NCBI GenBank assembly: GCA_041650715.1
Contig: JBAZKQ010000001.1
Location: 262,945 to 326,944, forward strand
Direction of reading: 5' to 3'
Origin: Patescibacteria group bacterium
GTDB taxonomy: Bacteria > Patescibacteriota > Patescibacteriia > Patescibacteriales > UBA12465
DNA length: 64,000 nucleotides
In this document: positions 45,281 through 54,762 of the stretch, one piece after another
Layout: each line of letters starts with the position of its first letter
How positions within the stretch are numbered: position 1 is the first letter of the stretch
Notes under the pieces: model-generated
Database searches by the model: none
What the model saw: the letters and a program-made list of their open reading frames with translations, nothing else
Told to the model about the DNA's origin: nothing
Position numbers and translations under genes: made by a program

Positions 45281-46735
45281 TTACTGTATTGCTTTTTGCA
45301 ATCGCTGAGTGCTTTCCTGCTTGCCGAGAGCTGCCGCTACCTCGAAAGGACCGGGGCTATTTTTTAAGCCGGTGAGCGCAACTCGCCAGGGCCAAAGATA
45401 GTCGCCATTTTTAGCACCGCTTTCTTTTATCCAGGACATGACTGAATTTTCTAAGTTCTCTTTGGTCCAGTCAGCTGCCTTAATTTTTTCTAAATAGACG
45501 GCGAGCACGCGTAAATTATCTTTAGCTTGATCGGTGCTTAAGGTTTTCCAAGCGAGCATTTCTTGGTCGTAAGGAGCGAGCGCAAATAAAAACGCGGTCA
45601 TTTCTATAACGTCTTCAAGTTTTTTCATTCTCTCTTGGGCGAGCGCTACAAAATTTTCCAGACGTTTTTTATCTTTAATTTCCCGGCCCGCTTTTTCAAA
45701 ATACGGCAAGCAAAGCCCAGTCAGTTCGCTCAAACTTTTTTGGCGGATATAGTAGCCGTTATAATAATCAAGTTTTTCTAAATCGAAGATAGCCGGACTC
45801 GCGCCTAAACCCTCCAGAGAAAATTCTTTTTCCAGTTCGGCGAGACTATAAATTTCTTTATCATTTTTGCCGTGCCAACCGAGAAGCGCACAAAAATTAA
45901 TTATCGCTTCCGGCAAGTAGCCCTTATCGCGATACTGCTCGGCAAAAACGTCTCCCTGGCGCTTACTTAATTTACCCCCGGTTTTATTGAGAATAAGCGG
46001 GAGATGAATATATTTGGGCGGTGTCCAGCCGAAGGCTTTGTATAATAAAATATTTTTCGGGAATGATGGTAACCATTCGTCGCCCCGGGTGACATGGGAG
46101 ATTTCCATTAAATGGTCGTCGACAATATTCGCGAAATGATAAGTCGGCACGCCATCGGATTTTATTAAAACCTGGTCATCTAAATCTTCGGCTCGGAATT
46201 TTATGTCGCCGCGCAATTCATCATGCACAATTATTTCTCCCTCCAGCGGCATTTTTTGGCGGATAACAAAATTTTCCCCGCTTTTAATTTTCGTTTCAAT
46301 TTCGGAAGCTTCGAGCTGGCGGCAAAGCCGATCATAACGCGGCGCTTCGTGGCGCGCTTCTTGGGCAAGACGCATATCGGTTAAGCGCTCCTCCGTGCAG
46401 AAGCAGCGGTAAACTTTCTTTTCTTCCAGTAATTGGTTTATTAGTTTTTGGTATATTGGTAGACGCTCGGTTTGGATATAGGGTCCGAAGTTACCGGTCG
46501 TATGCGGGCCTTCGTCAAATTCGATACCGGTCCAGGCGAGAATTTCGAGCAGTTTATCGAGAGCGCCTTCGATTTCCCGTTTGCGATCAGTGTCTTCGAG
46601 GCGGAGAATAAATTTTCCTTTCCAGCTTTTGGCGAGTAAGTAGCCGAAGAGAGCGGAGCGCAAATTACCGAGATGCAAGAACCCGGTGGGCGAAGGAGCA
46701 AAGCGGAGACGGATTTTATTTTTAAATAAAGGCAT
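45281..46735 (-). CDS. gltX: glutamyl-tRNA synthetase
   Basis: RFAPSPTGFLHLGNLRSAL (HIGH) and KLSKRQG (KMSKS). Confidence 0.95.
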   Translation of the reverse strand: MPLFKNKIRLRFAPSPTGFLHLGNLRSALFGYLLAKSWKGKFILRLEDTDRKREIEGALDKLLEILAWTGIEFDEGPHTTGNFGPYIQTERLPIYQKLINQLLEEKKVYRCFCTEERLTDMRLAQEARHEAPRYDRLCRQLEASEIETKIKSGENFVIRQKMPLEGEIIVHDELRGDIKFRAEDLDDQVLIKSDGVPTYHFANIVDDHLMEISHVTRGDEWLPSFPKNILLYKAFGWTPPKYIHLPLILNKTGGKLSKRQGDVFAEQYRDKGYLPEAIINFCALLGWHGKNDKEIYSLAELEKEFSLEGLGASPAIFDLEKLDYYNGYYIRQKSLSELTGLCLPYFEKAGREIKDKKRLENFVALAQERMKKLEDVIEMTAFLFALAPYDQEMLAWKTLSTDQAKDNLRVLAVYLEKIKAADWTKENLENSVMSWIKESGAKNGDYLWPWRVALTGLKNSPGPFEVAAALGKQESTQRLQKAIQ

Positions 46736-46736
46736 A

Positions 46737-47957
46737 TTAATTAATATTTAATGATTTGAATTTTTTCAGAAAAATTTTGGCCCCGGGTTGGCGATAAGGG
46801 TGGAGGCTCGCGACCAGATTATCGATGTCTACCCACTTATAATTTATATGATCCCAGAAACAAATTTTAATTTCTTGATTAATGTTTTCGAGTTCGGCTA
46901 CATAAAGACCTTGCCTCTGGCCTTTGTAGTCGTTAATATAGCGGCGTGATCCGCGGTATGGTTCACCTTTTTTTATTTTAGGAAATGAATAATGATAGAT
47001 ATTTCTAAATTTGGCTACGGTTTTAAGATCACTGAGACCAGTTTCTTCTTGGATTTCGCGTCGGCCGGCGACTTCTAAGCTTTCACCGTCTGTTCCGCCT
47101 TGGGGCAATTGCCAGTGGTTCCCTTCATCCTTCCGTTCTAAAATAAGAACTTTAATTTTTCCCGCCTCCCTTTTGAAAACAAAACAAGCGACATTTTTAC
47201 GGTAGAGCCAGGGGTTAATGAATTTTAATTTAATTATTTTTCCCGTGAAGACGAAGGTCGCTCGGTAAATTCGTTTTAAACGAGCACTCGGGTTTTTTTG
47301 TCGGCGCGCGTCAAATAGGCGCCAGAGCCATTCTATTCCTAGGCGGCGCAGTAGTTGCGGCGCGCGTTTGGTTTTGTTGGTGATAAAGTCGAAGGAGCCG
47401 CCGATACCAAGCGCAACTTTAACACTCGGCAATTTGCTTATATTATGATACATCAATTTTTCTTGATACGGAAAACCGAGGGTATTAAAAAATATGGCGG
47501 GCGCAAAATTATTAATTTCCGTGATTAGTGCCGGTTCTAAAAATTTGGCCCGACTAACATTTTTAATCATGAATATCAAGGAGGGATATTTACGCGCAAG
47601 AGCGGCTGTGATGTCAGCGGGTTGCGATAAACTATTTTCCCAATTAAGAATCAGGACTCGGTTTTTATTCTTGGCTGCCATTTTTAGGACTTCAAGCGTA
47701 ATGTCGGCACCGGTAACGCGGGGCACCTTTTCGCCGAATAAGGCGGCCGCTATTTTAAGGCCAACCCCATCGGCGAGCGACAGGTCGGCGCGGTTTAAAA
47801 TATAAAATAATTCTCCGTCCTGATGCGCGGCCAGAATTATTTCGGGGTTGGGAGTGACAATAAAATGCTGCCCACTGTCGTTTAAAAAATCAGCGATCTT
47901 TTTCAAGACCTCTGAGGGCGATAATTCGCTTAAATTTATTCCCAAAATATTGACCAT
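46737..47957 (-). CDS. fusion protein with an N-terminal WecG/TagA/CpsF (GT26) glycosyltransferase and a C-terminal NUDIX hydrolase
   Basis: The N-terminus has ILGINLS...IVTPNPEIILAA...ADLSLADGVGL (GT26). The C-terminus has a Nudix box GGTDGESLEVAGRREIQEETGL. Confidence 0.75.
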   Translation of the reverse strand: MVNILGINLSELSPSEVLKKIADFLNDSGQHFIVTPNPEIILAAHQDGELFYILNRADLSLADGVGLKIAAALFGEKVPRVTGADITLEVLKMAAKNKNRVLILNWENSLSQPADITAALARKYPSLIFMIKNVSRAKFLEPALITEINNFAPAIFFNTLGFPYQEKLMYHNISKLPSVKVALGIGGSFDFITNKTKRAPQLLRRLGIEWLWRLFDARRQKNPSARLKRIYRATFVFTGKIIKLKFINPWLYRKNVACFVFKREAGKIKVLILERKDEGNHWQLPQGGTDGESLEVAGRREIQEETGLSDLKTVAKFRNIYHYSFPKIKKGEPYRGSRRYINDYKGQRQGLYVAELENINQEIKICFWDHINYKWVDIDNLVASLHPYRQPGAKIFLKKFKSLNIN

Positions 47958-48026
47958 ATGTTATAATAGTGATGCCTTAATTTTATTATAAATTTTGGCT
48001 TTCGTCAAAGTAAATTTATATTTTCT

Positions 48027-48989
48027 ATGGGTAATTATAAAAAGATTAGCGATCGCGTTGAGGAGCTTATTATTGATAATCCGCGTACCGCTCCGCAACT
48101 GAAATGGGTTAATATTGTCAATGCTGGTAAAAATGAGATTGATTATTTACGAAAGAATTATAGTTTTGATTTGGCACACTTAAAAGCGTCGGCCGCTTCT
48201 GTTTCTTTTCAACGTCCGCAAATTTTTCGTGGTCCCGGCTATCTTTTTTTGGTTTTACACTTCCCGGCCTTTAAAGATGAAAAAATTGTGGCCGGTGAAA
48301 TTGATTTTTTTGTCGGTCATGGCTTTTTGATTACGGTTCATAATAATAGCCTGAAAGCACTGAGCGACTTTTTTAGTTTAGGCAAAAAAAGTCCAGATTC
48401 GCTCATTTCTTATTCCCTCGAATCCTCGGCCATTTTACTCTATGAAATTTTAGGCCATTTAATTGACAGTTGCTATACCCTAATAGATGAAAATAGCGTC
48501 AATCTTAATGAAATTGAGGATATTATTTTTTCGGAGCAACAGAAAGAAGCGGTAAAAAGAATTTTGACGACCCGGCGCAATATCGTCAATATTCGAAAAA
48601 TCATGCAGAACCACAAAAATATATTGCAGCAGCTCATGCAGATGGAAAGCAGCTTGGTCGAAAAACCGGCAATTAAAAAATATTACACCGATCTGGTTGA
48701 ACACTCCAAGCGGATTTGGGAGATGCTTGATAATCAAAAAGAAATGGTCGAGGTTCTTACTAATACTAACGAGTCTTTGCTTAATGACCGAATGACCGAT
48801 ATTATGAAAACCTTAACTATTTTTTCGGTCATTGTCTTCCCTTTGACTTTGCTGGCCGCCATTTTTGGCATGAATGCTCGGTATATGCCTTTTGTGGAAA
48901 AACCTTTCGGTTTTTGGATTATTCTCGGCATTATGTTCGTTTGCTCTCTGGGTATGCTTTATTTCTTCAAACACAAACGCTGGTTGTAA
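48027..48989 (+). CDS. corA: CorA family magnesium/cobalt transporter
   Basis: IFGMNARYMP (GMN motif) between two C-terminal TM helices. Confidence 0.9.
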   Translation: MGNYKKISDRVEELIIDNPRTAPQLKWVNIVNAGKNEIDYLRKNYSFDLAHLKASAASVSFQRPQIFRGPGYLFLVLHFPAFKDEKIVAGEIDFFVGHGFLITVHNNSLKALSDFFSLGKKSPDSLISYSLESSAILLYEILGHLIDSCYTLIDENSVNLNEIEDIIFSEQQKEAVKRILTTRRNIVNIRKIMQNHKNILQQLMQMESSLVEKPAIKKYYTDLVEHSKRIWEMLDNQKEMVEVLTNTNESLLNDRMTDIMKTLTIFSVIVFPLTLLAAIFGMNARYMPFVEKPFGFWIILGIMFVCSLGMLYFFKHKRWL

Positions 48990-49031
48990 ACTTTTTTTAA
49001 AAAAATTAAAAAAAATTTAAATATTATTTTA

Positions 49032-49063
49032 ATACATTCTCTACCCCGGAATGTATTTTTTTT
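49032..49063 (+). terminator. intrinsic terminator after corA
   Basis: ATACATTC-N9-GAATGTAT followed by T7. Confidence 0.7.
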
Positions 49064-49135
49064 AGTTGAATTTTAGCCAAATAATAGTCAAAAACTGCGA
49101 GCCGGCGCCCAGTCCCTGACAAAGGCGAAAAAACA

Positions 49136-49164
49136 TTGACAAATTATATATAACGTGATATTAT
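49136..49164 (+). promoter_or_regulatory. sigma70-type promoter of the GT4 gene
   Basis: TTGACA (49136-49141), 17 nt, then TATTAT (49159-49164). Confidence 0.5.
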
Positions 49165-49183
49165 ATTGGGTTGTTAAATATAT

Positions 49184-50287
49184 ATGAGAATTGCATTTAT
49201 TGGACAAAAAGGAATCCCGGCTAAGACTGGTGGCGTCGAAAGATACGTCGAAAGCCTTGCCCTTAACCTCGTCGCCCAAGGCCAGGAAGTATTAGCATAC
49301 TCACGGCGTAATTATAGCCATGATCTAAAAGAATATAAGGGCATTCAAATAGTGGCTTTACCGAATCTTCCGGGAAAAAATTTGGAAGCAATTTCTCATA
49401 CTTTCTTTGCCTGCCTTGATCTCATGCGGCGCAAAGTCGATGTAATTCATTTTCAATCTATCGGACCCTCTTCCCTGATTTGGCTCGTTAAAATCCTTAA
49501 ACCGCGCACACCGATTATTTTCACTTTTCATTGTCAGGATTATCATCATCAGAAATGGGGCCGCTTTGCTCGTTTATATTTAAGTATGGGTGAAAAAATC
49601 GGCTGTCAGTCATCGGATAAGATTGTGACAATCTCCAAGGAGCTTAATCGCTATGTGACGACTCGCTATCAAAAACAGGCTGTTTATATTCCTAATGGCA
49701 CCACAGTGACAGAGAGAACGCCAGTTCAGGAAATTCGCCGTTGGGGACTCGAAGAAAATAATTATTTAGTGGCGATTTCCCGTTTGATTCCTCATAAAGG
49801 TATCCAGTATTTGATTGACGCCTATAAGCAGTTGGCGACTGATAAAAAATTGGTCGTTGTCGGCGAGGGCTCGCATACCGATGATTATGTTAACCAGTTG
49901 CACCTGTCCGCCACTGACAACCCGAACATCATTTTTACCGGTAATCAAACCGGCCGCGCCTTGTCTGAATTATATTCTAATGCCTACGCCTTTGTGCAGC
50001 CTTCCGAAAGCGAGGGTTTATCGATCGCTTTACTTGAAGCTATGGGCTACGGCCGCGCTTGTATCGTGAGCGATATTGAGGCTAACCTGGAAGCTTTGGG
50101 AGATACCGGTTATATTTTTGAAAATAAGAATGTTAGTGATTTGAAAGATAAATTAGAAATTGCTTTGGCCAAACCCGAAGAGTTAAAATTATTGGGCGCT
50201 AAAGCCTTGGCGCGCGTTAAGACAGATTATAATTGGGAGGATATTACCAAACAGATGCTATCCGTTTATCAAAGTGTTTTAAAATAA
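49184..50287 (+). CDS. family 4 (GT-B) glycosyltransferase
   Basis: MRIAFIGQKGIPAKTGGVERYV N-terminus and SESEGLSIALLEAMGYG (EX7E). Confidence 0.85.
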   Translation: MRIAFIGQKGIPAKTGGVERYVESLALNLVAQGQEVLAYSRRNYSHDLKEYKGIQIVALPNLPGKNLEAISHTFFACLDLMRRKVDVIHFQSIGPSSLIWLVKILKPRTPIIFTFHCQDYHHQKWGRFARLYLSMGEKIGCQSSDKIVTISKELNRYVTTRYQKQAVYIPNGTTVTERTPVQEIRRWGLEENNYLVAISRLIPHKGIQYLIDAYKQLATDKKLVVVGEGSHTDDYVNQLHLSATDNPNIIFTGNQTGRALSELYSNAYAFVQPSESEGLSIALLEAMGYGRACIVSDIEANLEALGDTGYIFENKNVSDLKDKLEIALAKPEELKLLGAKALARVKTDYNWEDITKQMLSVYQSVLK

Positions 50288-50305
50288 GTTAAATATATTC
50301 GCTTT

Positions 50306-50352
50306 CTGCCCTTCCCCGAGTCAATTAGTTTAATTGTCTAAGGGAAGGTCAG
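50306..50352. other. long imperfect hairpin at the boundary between the GT4 gene and the unknown-function block
   Basis: CTGcCCTTCCC (50306-16) pairs with GGGAAGGtCAG (50342-52). The inner hairpin is CAATTA-GTT-TAATTG. It is followed by an A-run, not a T-run. Confidence 0.4.
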
Positions 50353-50415
50353 AAAAAAGTACCTTCAAAATTAAATAGGAATTTAGTATAAACCCCCCAA
50401 AAAAAATCAGAAACG

Positions 50416-51630
50416 ATGAAAAAAATGAAAACGATTGCCAGGTGGTTGATGATTATCCCACTGATGCTACTTTTGGCAAATTGCCAGAAGATAAACGAAA
50501 AGGACTTTGGTCCAGGAATAACAGGCCCACCGGATGACGGCAGCAATGCTATCCTGAAAACATCGGCTGCAGTAACAGCCGATACCTTGAAATCACTGCC
50601 AGATATGGTTATTAAATTCTGGTGGGAGGGCTTGCCTACTTTACCCGCAGGCGTTTCTTACCAATACACCTGGAATTTTGGCGACGGTAGTGTCGTCCTG
50701 AATACTGCCCGAGTTGAGCACCAATATTCGGTTGGTGTCTATCAACTTACTTCTACAGCGACTAATCCCTTGTCAGGTGTTATTGTAACGCGCAGTCTGT
50801 GGGTTAAAATCGCCGTGACCTATGTAGCTGATAATACGATTATCGTGTTGGGCTACGCGGCCGTGTCTGGCGGTTATGACTATCACCTTGGATTCAAGGC
50901 AAGTACGGTGGCTGGCTTTCAGGTGCCGCCTTATACCGCCAACAACGTACCCTTTGTTACTGGGACTTTCTGCAACTGGCAAATAAATCCTCCTCCGTCT
51001 AATCCAGATTATACGAATATAAATGGAGAGATTTATCTTACCCGACACTTCGTATTTCCGAATAGTTCGGCACAGGATTTGCATTTTGGCCAAATAACCA
51101 ATTGGTCTTATAATCCAAACTCAAAATTTTGGGTTAGTACCGGTGTTGGGAGCGGAAAATATGTGATTTATCCGTTCAATGGACAAATTTACAGTTTTCC
51201 TCCGGGTGTAGTTTACTATCCAGGAGAGGATGGCGATGCGGTCGGCAGTATATATCCGCCGACCGTTCGCGATTCTTTGCTTCTTGGAAGTACGGCCGCG
51301 ACTGATTCATTGCGTATATTTATTAATTATCAGCAGTACGCTAACGGTTCTCAGCCTTTTTTGTCCTTTGTTCATCTGAACAATTGGTCGAATGTGGCTC
51401 TGAAAATGATTGACAATACGGGATGGGGTTATAGAACTTTTGCAATATCAAGCATCAAGCTTGATAACAACCGTTTATACTTTAAGTTTGGTCCTAATTT
51501 GGCCGCACCTACTGTGTATGGAGACATGACACACTCCAAATTCTATGATGCCACTAATGAAATGTGCGGCCTTCAATTAGCTACCATGAAAAGTAGTGGA
51601 AAACATTATAACGTTGTCGTAATAAAATAA
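50416..51630 (+). CDS. lipoprotein of unknown function with a PKD-like motif
   Basis: Lipobox LLLANC. YTWNFGDGS resembles the PKD-domain WxFGDG signature. The rest is unassigned and beta-rich. Confidence 0.5.
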   Translation: MKKMKTIARWLMIIPLMLLLANCQKINEKDFGPGITGPPDDGSNAILKTSAAVTADTLKSLPDMVIKFWWEGLPTLPAGVSYQYTWNFGDGSVVLNTARVEHQYSVGVYQLTSTATNPLSGVIVTRSLWVKIAVTYVADNTIIVLGYAAVSGGYDYHLGFKASTVAGFQVPPYTANNVPFVTGTFCNWQINPPPSNPDYTNINGEIYLTRHFVFPNSSAQDLHFGQITNWSYNPNSKFWVSTGVGSGKYVIYPFNGQIYSFPPGVVYYPGEDGDAVGSIYPPTVRDSLLLGSTAATDSLRIFINYQQYANGSQPFLSFVHLNNWSNVALKMIDNTGWGYRTFAISSIKLDNNRLYFKFGPNLAAPTVYGDMTHSKFYDATNEMCGLQLATMKSSGKHYNVVVIK

Positions 51631-51660
51631 TGATTCAATTTCCTATTTAAAAAATAGCTT

Positions 51661-51692
51661 AACCCCGTCCCCCCCAAAGAGTCGGGGTTTTT
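51661..51692 (+). terminator. intrinsic terminator
   Basis: AACCCCG-N15-CGGGGTT followed by TTT. Confidence 0.55.
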
Positions 51693-51714
51693 AATATCCA
51701 AAAATCTTTTTTAC

Positions 51715-51748
51715 AAATAAAAAAGGCTCGGTTTTGATTCCGAGCCTT
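51715..51748 (-). terminator. intrinsic terminator for the minus-strand block
   Basis: AAGGCTCGG-N8-CCGAGCCTT. The minus strand then continues into a U-run. Confidence 0.65.
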
Positions 51749-51768
51749 GTTGTTAGCATCTTATGATG

Positions 51769-52647
51769 CTATTTTTTTTCGTAATTAAAATTACTAAGAA
51801 AATCTGCCCCGTCAAGCATGTTGCCTGGATTATGCAGTTGAACCTCATGGTTAGCCAGGGCCGATCTGGCCGAGGATGACCCCGTCTTCAGAATCTCGTG
51901 AGGAACGTACATCGGGTAGTTGTATTGAGATTGTTGGCCGATATATACCGACCAAACAACCGGTCCGTATTTATGGTCGACATCAAGCAGCCGGGCGATA
52001 GTAATTAACTGATTACTTTCGTAAATCCATAAGTTTTTACTGGCATCCCAGTAAAACTCGAAATTTGGATCAGTGCCATTTAAGATCGGCGTAGCTCCTT
52101 GTGCAAGCTTACCCTCACCTGAATTGAGCTCCTCATTGCTGATATAATACACAGCGTGGGATTCCTCGTTTATGGTCACACCGTGGCCTTTCGTGTAGAC
52201 ACCCCTGTATTTATCGCCAGACAAGCCGAAATCTTCAGTATGGCTTGGCGAATCAGCAGGAACGATAGCTCTTTGTGAACTCACGGTTGGCGTTGCCCTC
52301 GGCGTTGTGTTGCCCTTAGAAGATTGGATTGGCCTGCTTTGAACCGTGGCCTTTTTCGACGTAGAGATAGTGGTGACAGTTTTTGTAACTGTTGTGATAC
52401 CCATACAAAGGTCCAGAGAGCTTTTATATACGCGACATGAATCCTCTAACGCAGCGATACGGTCGTATGCAGAAATTAGCTCATTGTTTAAATTTTGGTT
52501 CGTCAGCTGTGTGCTGTCTGGTGGAAACAATTTTGATTCTTCACTTTTTCCTCCGTGATAAACGCAGAAATAAAGTAGTAATAGAATTATTATGAGCAAT
52601 AGTGCCCCACCGCCGTAATACCATTTTTTGTTTGTGCTTTGTGCCAT
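51769..52647 (-). CDS. membrane-anchored protein of unknown function
   Basis: ORF track. One N-terminal TM helix (GGGALLLIIILLLLYF), a T/S-rich linker and an unassigned C-terminal domain. This is one of the few genes here with a canonical SD (AAGGAGGAAcaaaaATG). Confidence 0.5.
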   Translation of the reverse strand: MAQSTNKKWYYGGGALLLIIILLLLYFCVYHGGKSEESKLFPPDSTQLTNQNLNNELISAYDRIAALEDSCRVYKSSLDLCMGITTVTKTVTTISTSKKATVQSRPIQSSKGNTTPRATPTVSSQRAIVPADSPSHTEDFGLSGDKYRGVYTKGHGVTINEESHAVYYISNEELNSGEGKLAQGATPILNGTDPNFEFYWDASKNLWIYESNQLITIARLLDVDHKYGPVVWSVYIGQQSQYNYPMYVPHEILKTGSSSARSALANHEVQLHNPGNMLDGADFLSNFNYEKK

Positions 52648-52710
52648 TTTTTGTTCCTCCTTGTTTTTTGGTTTTTAATTGAGTTAATAAGTGTTGTTTG
52701 TGTTAATTTC

Positions 52711-53601
52711 TTAATAATTTTTTTGGAATAGAGCTTTTCCCAGTTCAATAACATTGAGGTTAGCCCCAATGTAGAAGGTGTTGCCAAATTTTGGATCAAA
52801 TTTGACGTTGCCCTCGATGACCAAGAGTTCTTCGCTGTAGGTGCGAGCCAAGGTTAGGCCAATACCTGCTGTGAAAAGTGTGCGGTGATCATTGAATTGA
52901 TTAATCGCCCCGAACATCATCTTGGGTTCGAATCTGAGTGACTCCGCCATATTTAACGGAATCGTGACAAAAGTATTTTCGAACACCGCCCGAAAAGATC
53001 CTTTGTTAGTGATGTTCAGTGATGAATCGGCAATCTTTTCACCATCCCAATAAGCCGTTAATTGGCCTTGGCGGGTCGGGCTCTGCAGGGTAAGCATAAG
53101 CTTCTGCATATAGAGCGGTCCGCGCATTTCCGGGTTTTTCAGCAAGACGCCGATATTCCCGTAAAATAACTGATCATTCTGCCGACCGTCGTATTGGCCG
53201 TTAAACGTATTTTTCTGGCCGTGGTCTTTTGTGGATTTTATACCCAAATTGGACCAACCCCAGAACTCACGCATTGGAAACCAATACTTTGAACCGAAGT
53301 TCATCGCCAAACCACCGCACCATTCGGTGTCGTGGTACAGGAACTCGTCTATTTTACTTCCGACTTCAACATAATTTACGAATACGCCTAAAGAAATAGG
53401 ACTGTAATCGTTTCTGCCGCCAAAAAGAAGCCTGGCTTCCCCCCAGCGATAAGATCCATCACCGTGGTTGGGCACGTAAAAATACGTGTTCCCCACCATA
53501 AGACTCGCATTGGTCAGTGGCGATTCATATTGGGCGTCAACCGGTTTTGCCATAAACAGCAAAGCCAGGAACCCGAAAGAAAAAAGGATTTTTTTTATCA
53601 T
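52711..53601 (-). CDS. secreted beta-rich protein, possibly beta-barrel; paralog of ORF 60114..60965
   Basis: Signal peptide ending VDAQ. Gly/aromatic-rich alternating pattern and a terminal aromatic residue (..FQKNY). It shares W(D/N)G(E/D)..I.DS.N...NK..F...FE and L(R/E)(F/P)EPK..(F/I)G blocks with the 60114 protein. Confidence 0.45.
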   Translation of the reverse strand: MIKKILFSFGFLALLFMAKPVDAQYESPLTNASLMVGNTYFYVPNHGDGSYRWGEARLLFGGRNDYSPISLGVFVNYVEVGSKIDEFLYHDTEWCGGLAMNFGSKYWFPMREFWGWSNLGIKSTKDHGQKNTFNGQYDGRQNDQLFYGNIGVLLKNPEMRGPLYMQKLMLTLQSPTRQGQLTAYWDGEKIADSSLNITNKGSFRAVFENTFVTIPLNMAESLRFEPKMMFGAINQFNDHRTLFTAGIGLTLARTYSEELLVIEGNVKFDPKFGNTFYIGANLNVIELGKALFQKNY

Positions 53602-53707
53602 TTTTATCAGTTTTTGTTGTTAACGTTCTTTTTACTGTTTACCGCCTTGGTAAACGGCCCGTAATTTTCATTACAAGCCTCGGCCCGCTCAGGGCTAAGG
53701 TCTGTAA

Positions 53708-54532
53708 TTAAAAGCGATTGATAAGATTGCGGATATCACCATGCACCGGAAATTCAGAATCATCCTCTACTTGATTATTTTCCTCTTCAATAATAACTTT
53801 TTCGGCCGGATGAGAATGATGGGTAAGCGGAGTTAAATGAGAAATTGGTGCATTGCGCGGAGTCTGGATGGTGTGTGCCAGCGGTTTGTCTGTTTTCTGA
53901 TAGCTAATACGTAATTTAGCGCGGCGCTTATTGGGAGTAAAATAAACATAAATTAAGCCGACAAAAACACCTAAAGCGGAAAAGGCGATAAAGTTGAAAA
54001 CAACATTCGGTTTAACCGGGTAATCCGAGACTAAAGGTTGATCAATTATTTTGATCTTAATGCTTTGATCCCCGCCCTGGTAGTTAAAACCCTGGTTGAT
54101 TAAAGCGTCGTTAACACCTAAGGCGATTTGCTTAGCCTGGTAGGCGTTCGGATGATAAATTGAAATTTCAACAATACCGGAATCATTGCTTTTGGCGGTC
54201 ACGGTTTTTTGCCAAATTTTCATTTGGTCGCGGTAATTATCGGAAAAATAATTTTTATCGATATCGTAATTATTTGCGCTGGTAACCAAATTAAAAAATG
54301 AATTGGAATTCACTACTTGTGAAAATAAAGAACCCAAATATTGATTAGACTTGGAAACGGTATAGGGATCAACGCCGGCAATGTTTTGTACGATAAGCAG
54401 GCGTGATTTTGCCTCGTATTTCAGTGGCTGCGAAAAAGTCGCGGCTCCGCCCAATACTAAAAATATCAGCCAAGCGGAAAAAAGCGCCCCTTTGCGGTGT
54501 CTTAAAATGTGGAAAAAGTCTTTCAATTCCAT
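53708..54532 (-). CDS. Wzz/polysaccharide co-polymerase-like chain-length determinant protein
   Basis: The N-terminus ELKDFFHILRHRKG plus a TM helix, a periplasmic-type middle region and a second TM helix near the C-terminus give PCP topology. Confidence 0.65.
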   Translation of the reverse strand: MELKDFFHILRHRKGALFSAWLIFLVLGGAATFSQPLKYEAKSRLLIVQNIAGVDPYTVSKSNQYLGSLFSQVVNSNSFFNLVTSANNYDIDKNYFSDNYRDQMKIWQKTVTAKSNDSGIVEISIYHPNAYQAKQIALGVNDALINQGFNYQGGDQSIKIKIIDQPLVSDYPVKPNVVFNFIAFSALGVFVGLIYVYFTPNKRRAKLRISYQKTDKPLAHTIQTPRNAPISHLTPLTHHSHPAEKVIIEEENNQVEDDSEFPVHGDIRNLINRF

Positions 54533-54569
54533 ACTATTTATAATTCTTTATAATATTAATTAATATAGT

Positions 54570-54598
54570 ATTATAATATATATAGAATAGTTTGTCAA
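54570..54598 (-). promoter_or_regulatory. sigma70-type promoter of the Wzz-like gene
   Basis: On the minus strand, TTGACA (54598-54593), 17 nt, then TATAAT (54575-54570). Confidence 0.5.
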
Positions 54599-54663
54599 TA
54601 GCTCAGCAGGCACCCCAGACCCGCATCGCAATCGCAATTTTTTTGCTCATTTGCGTATTAATA

Positions 54664-54692
54664 TTGACAAAGAGGCGATAATTTTGTAGGAT
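54664..54692 (+). promoter_or_regulatory. sigma70-type promoter of the 54763 gene
   Basis: TTGACA (54664-69), 17 nt, then TAGGAT (54687-92). Confidence 0.45.
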
Positions 54693-54762
54693 TGATAATT
54701 AGATATGAAACAAAAGTAATTATATTAATTTTTGTTAAATATTAGTAAAAAACTATAAATAT

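Noticed and set aside
53691-53704. AGGGCTAAGGTCTG at the right edge of the 50-53 kb block resembles AGGGAAGGTCAG (50341-50352) at the left edge, suggesting att-like direct repeats.
   Set aside because: Only about 11 of 13 positions match, and only with an indel. No integrase or tRNA lies adjacent. A match this short is expected by chance.
54595-54640. TAGCTCAGCAGGCA resembles a tRNA D-arm (TAGCTCAGxxGG).
   Set aside because: There is no complementary D-stem 3' strand (GAGC), no anticodon arm and no GGTTCGAATCC-like T-arm downstream. It also overlaps the -35 box of the Wzz-like gene promoter.
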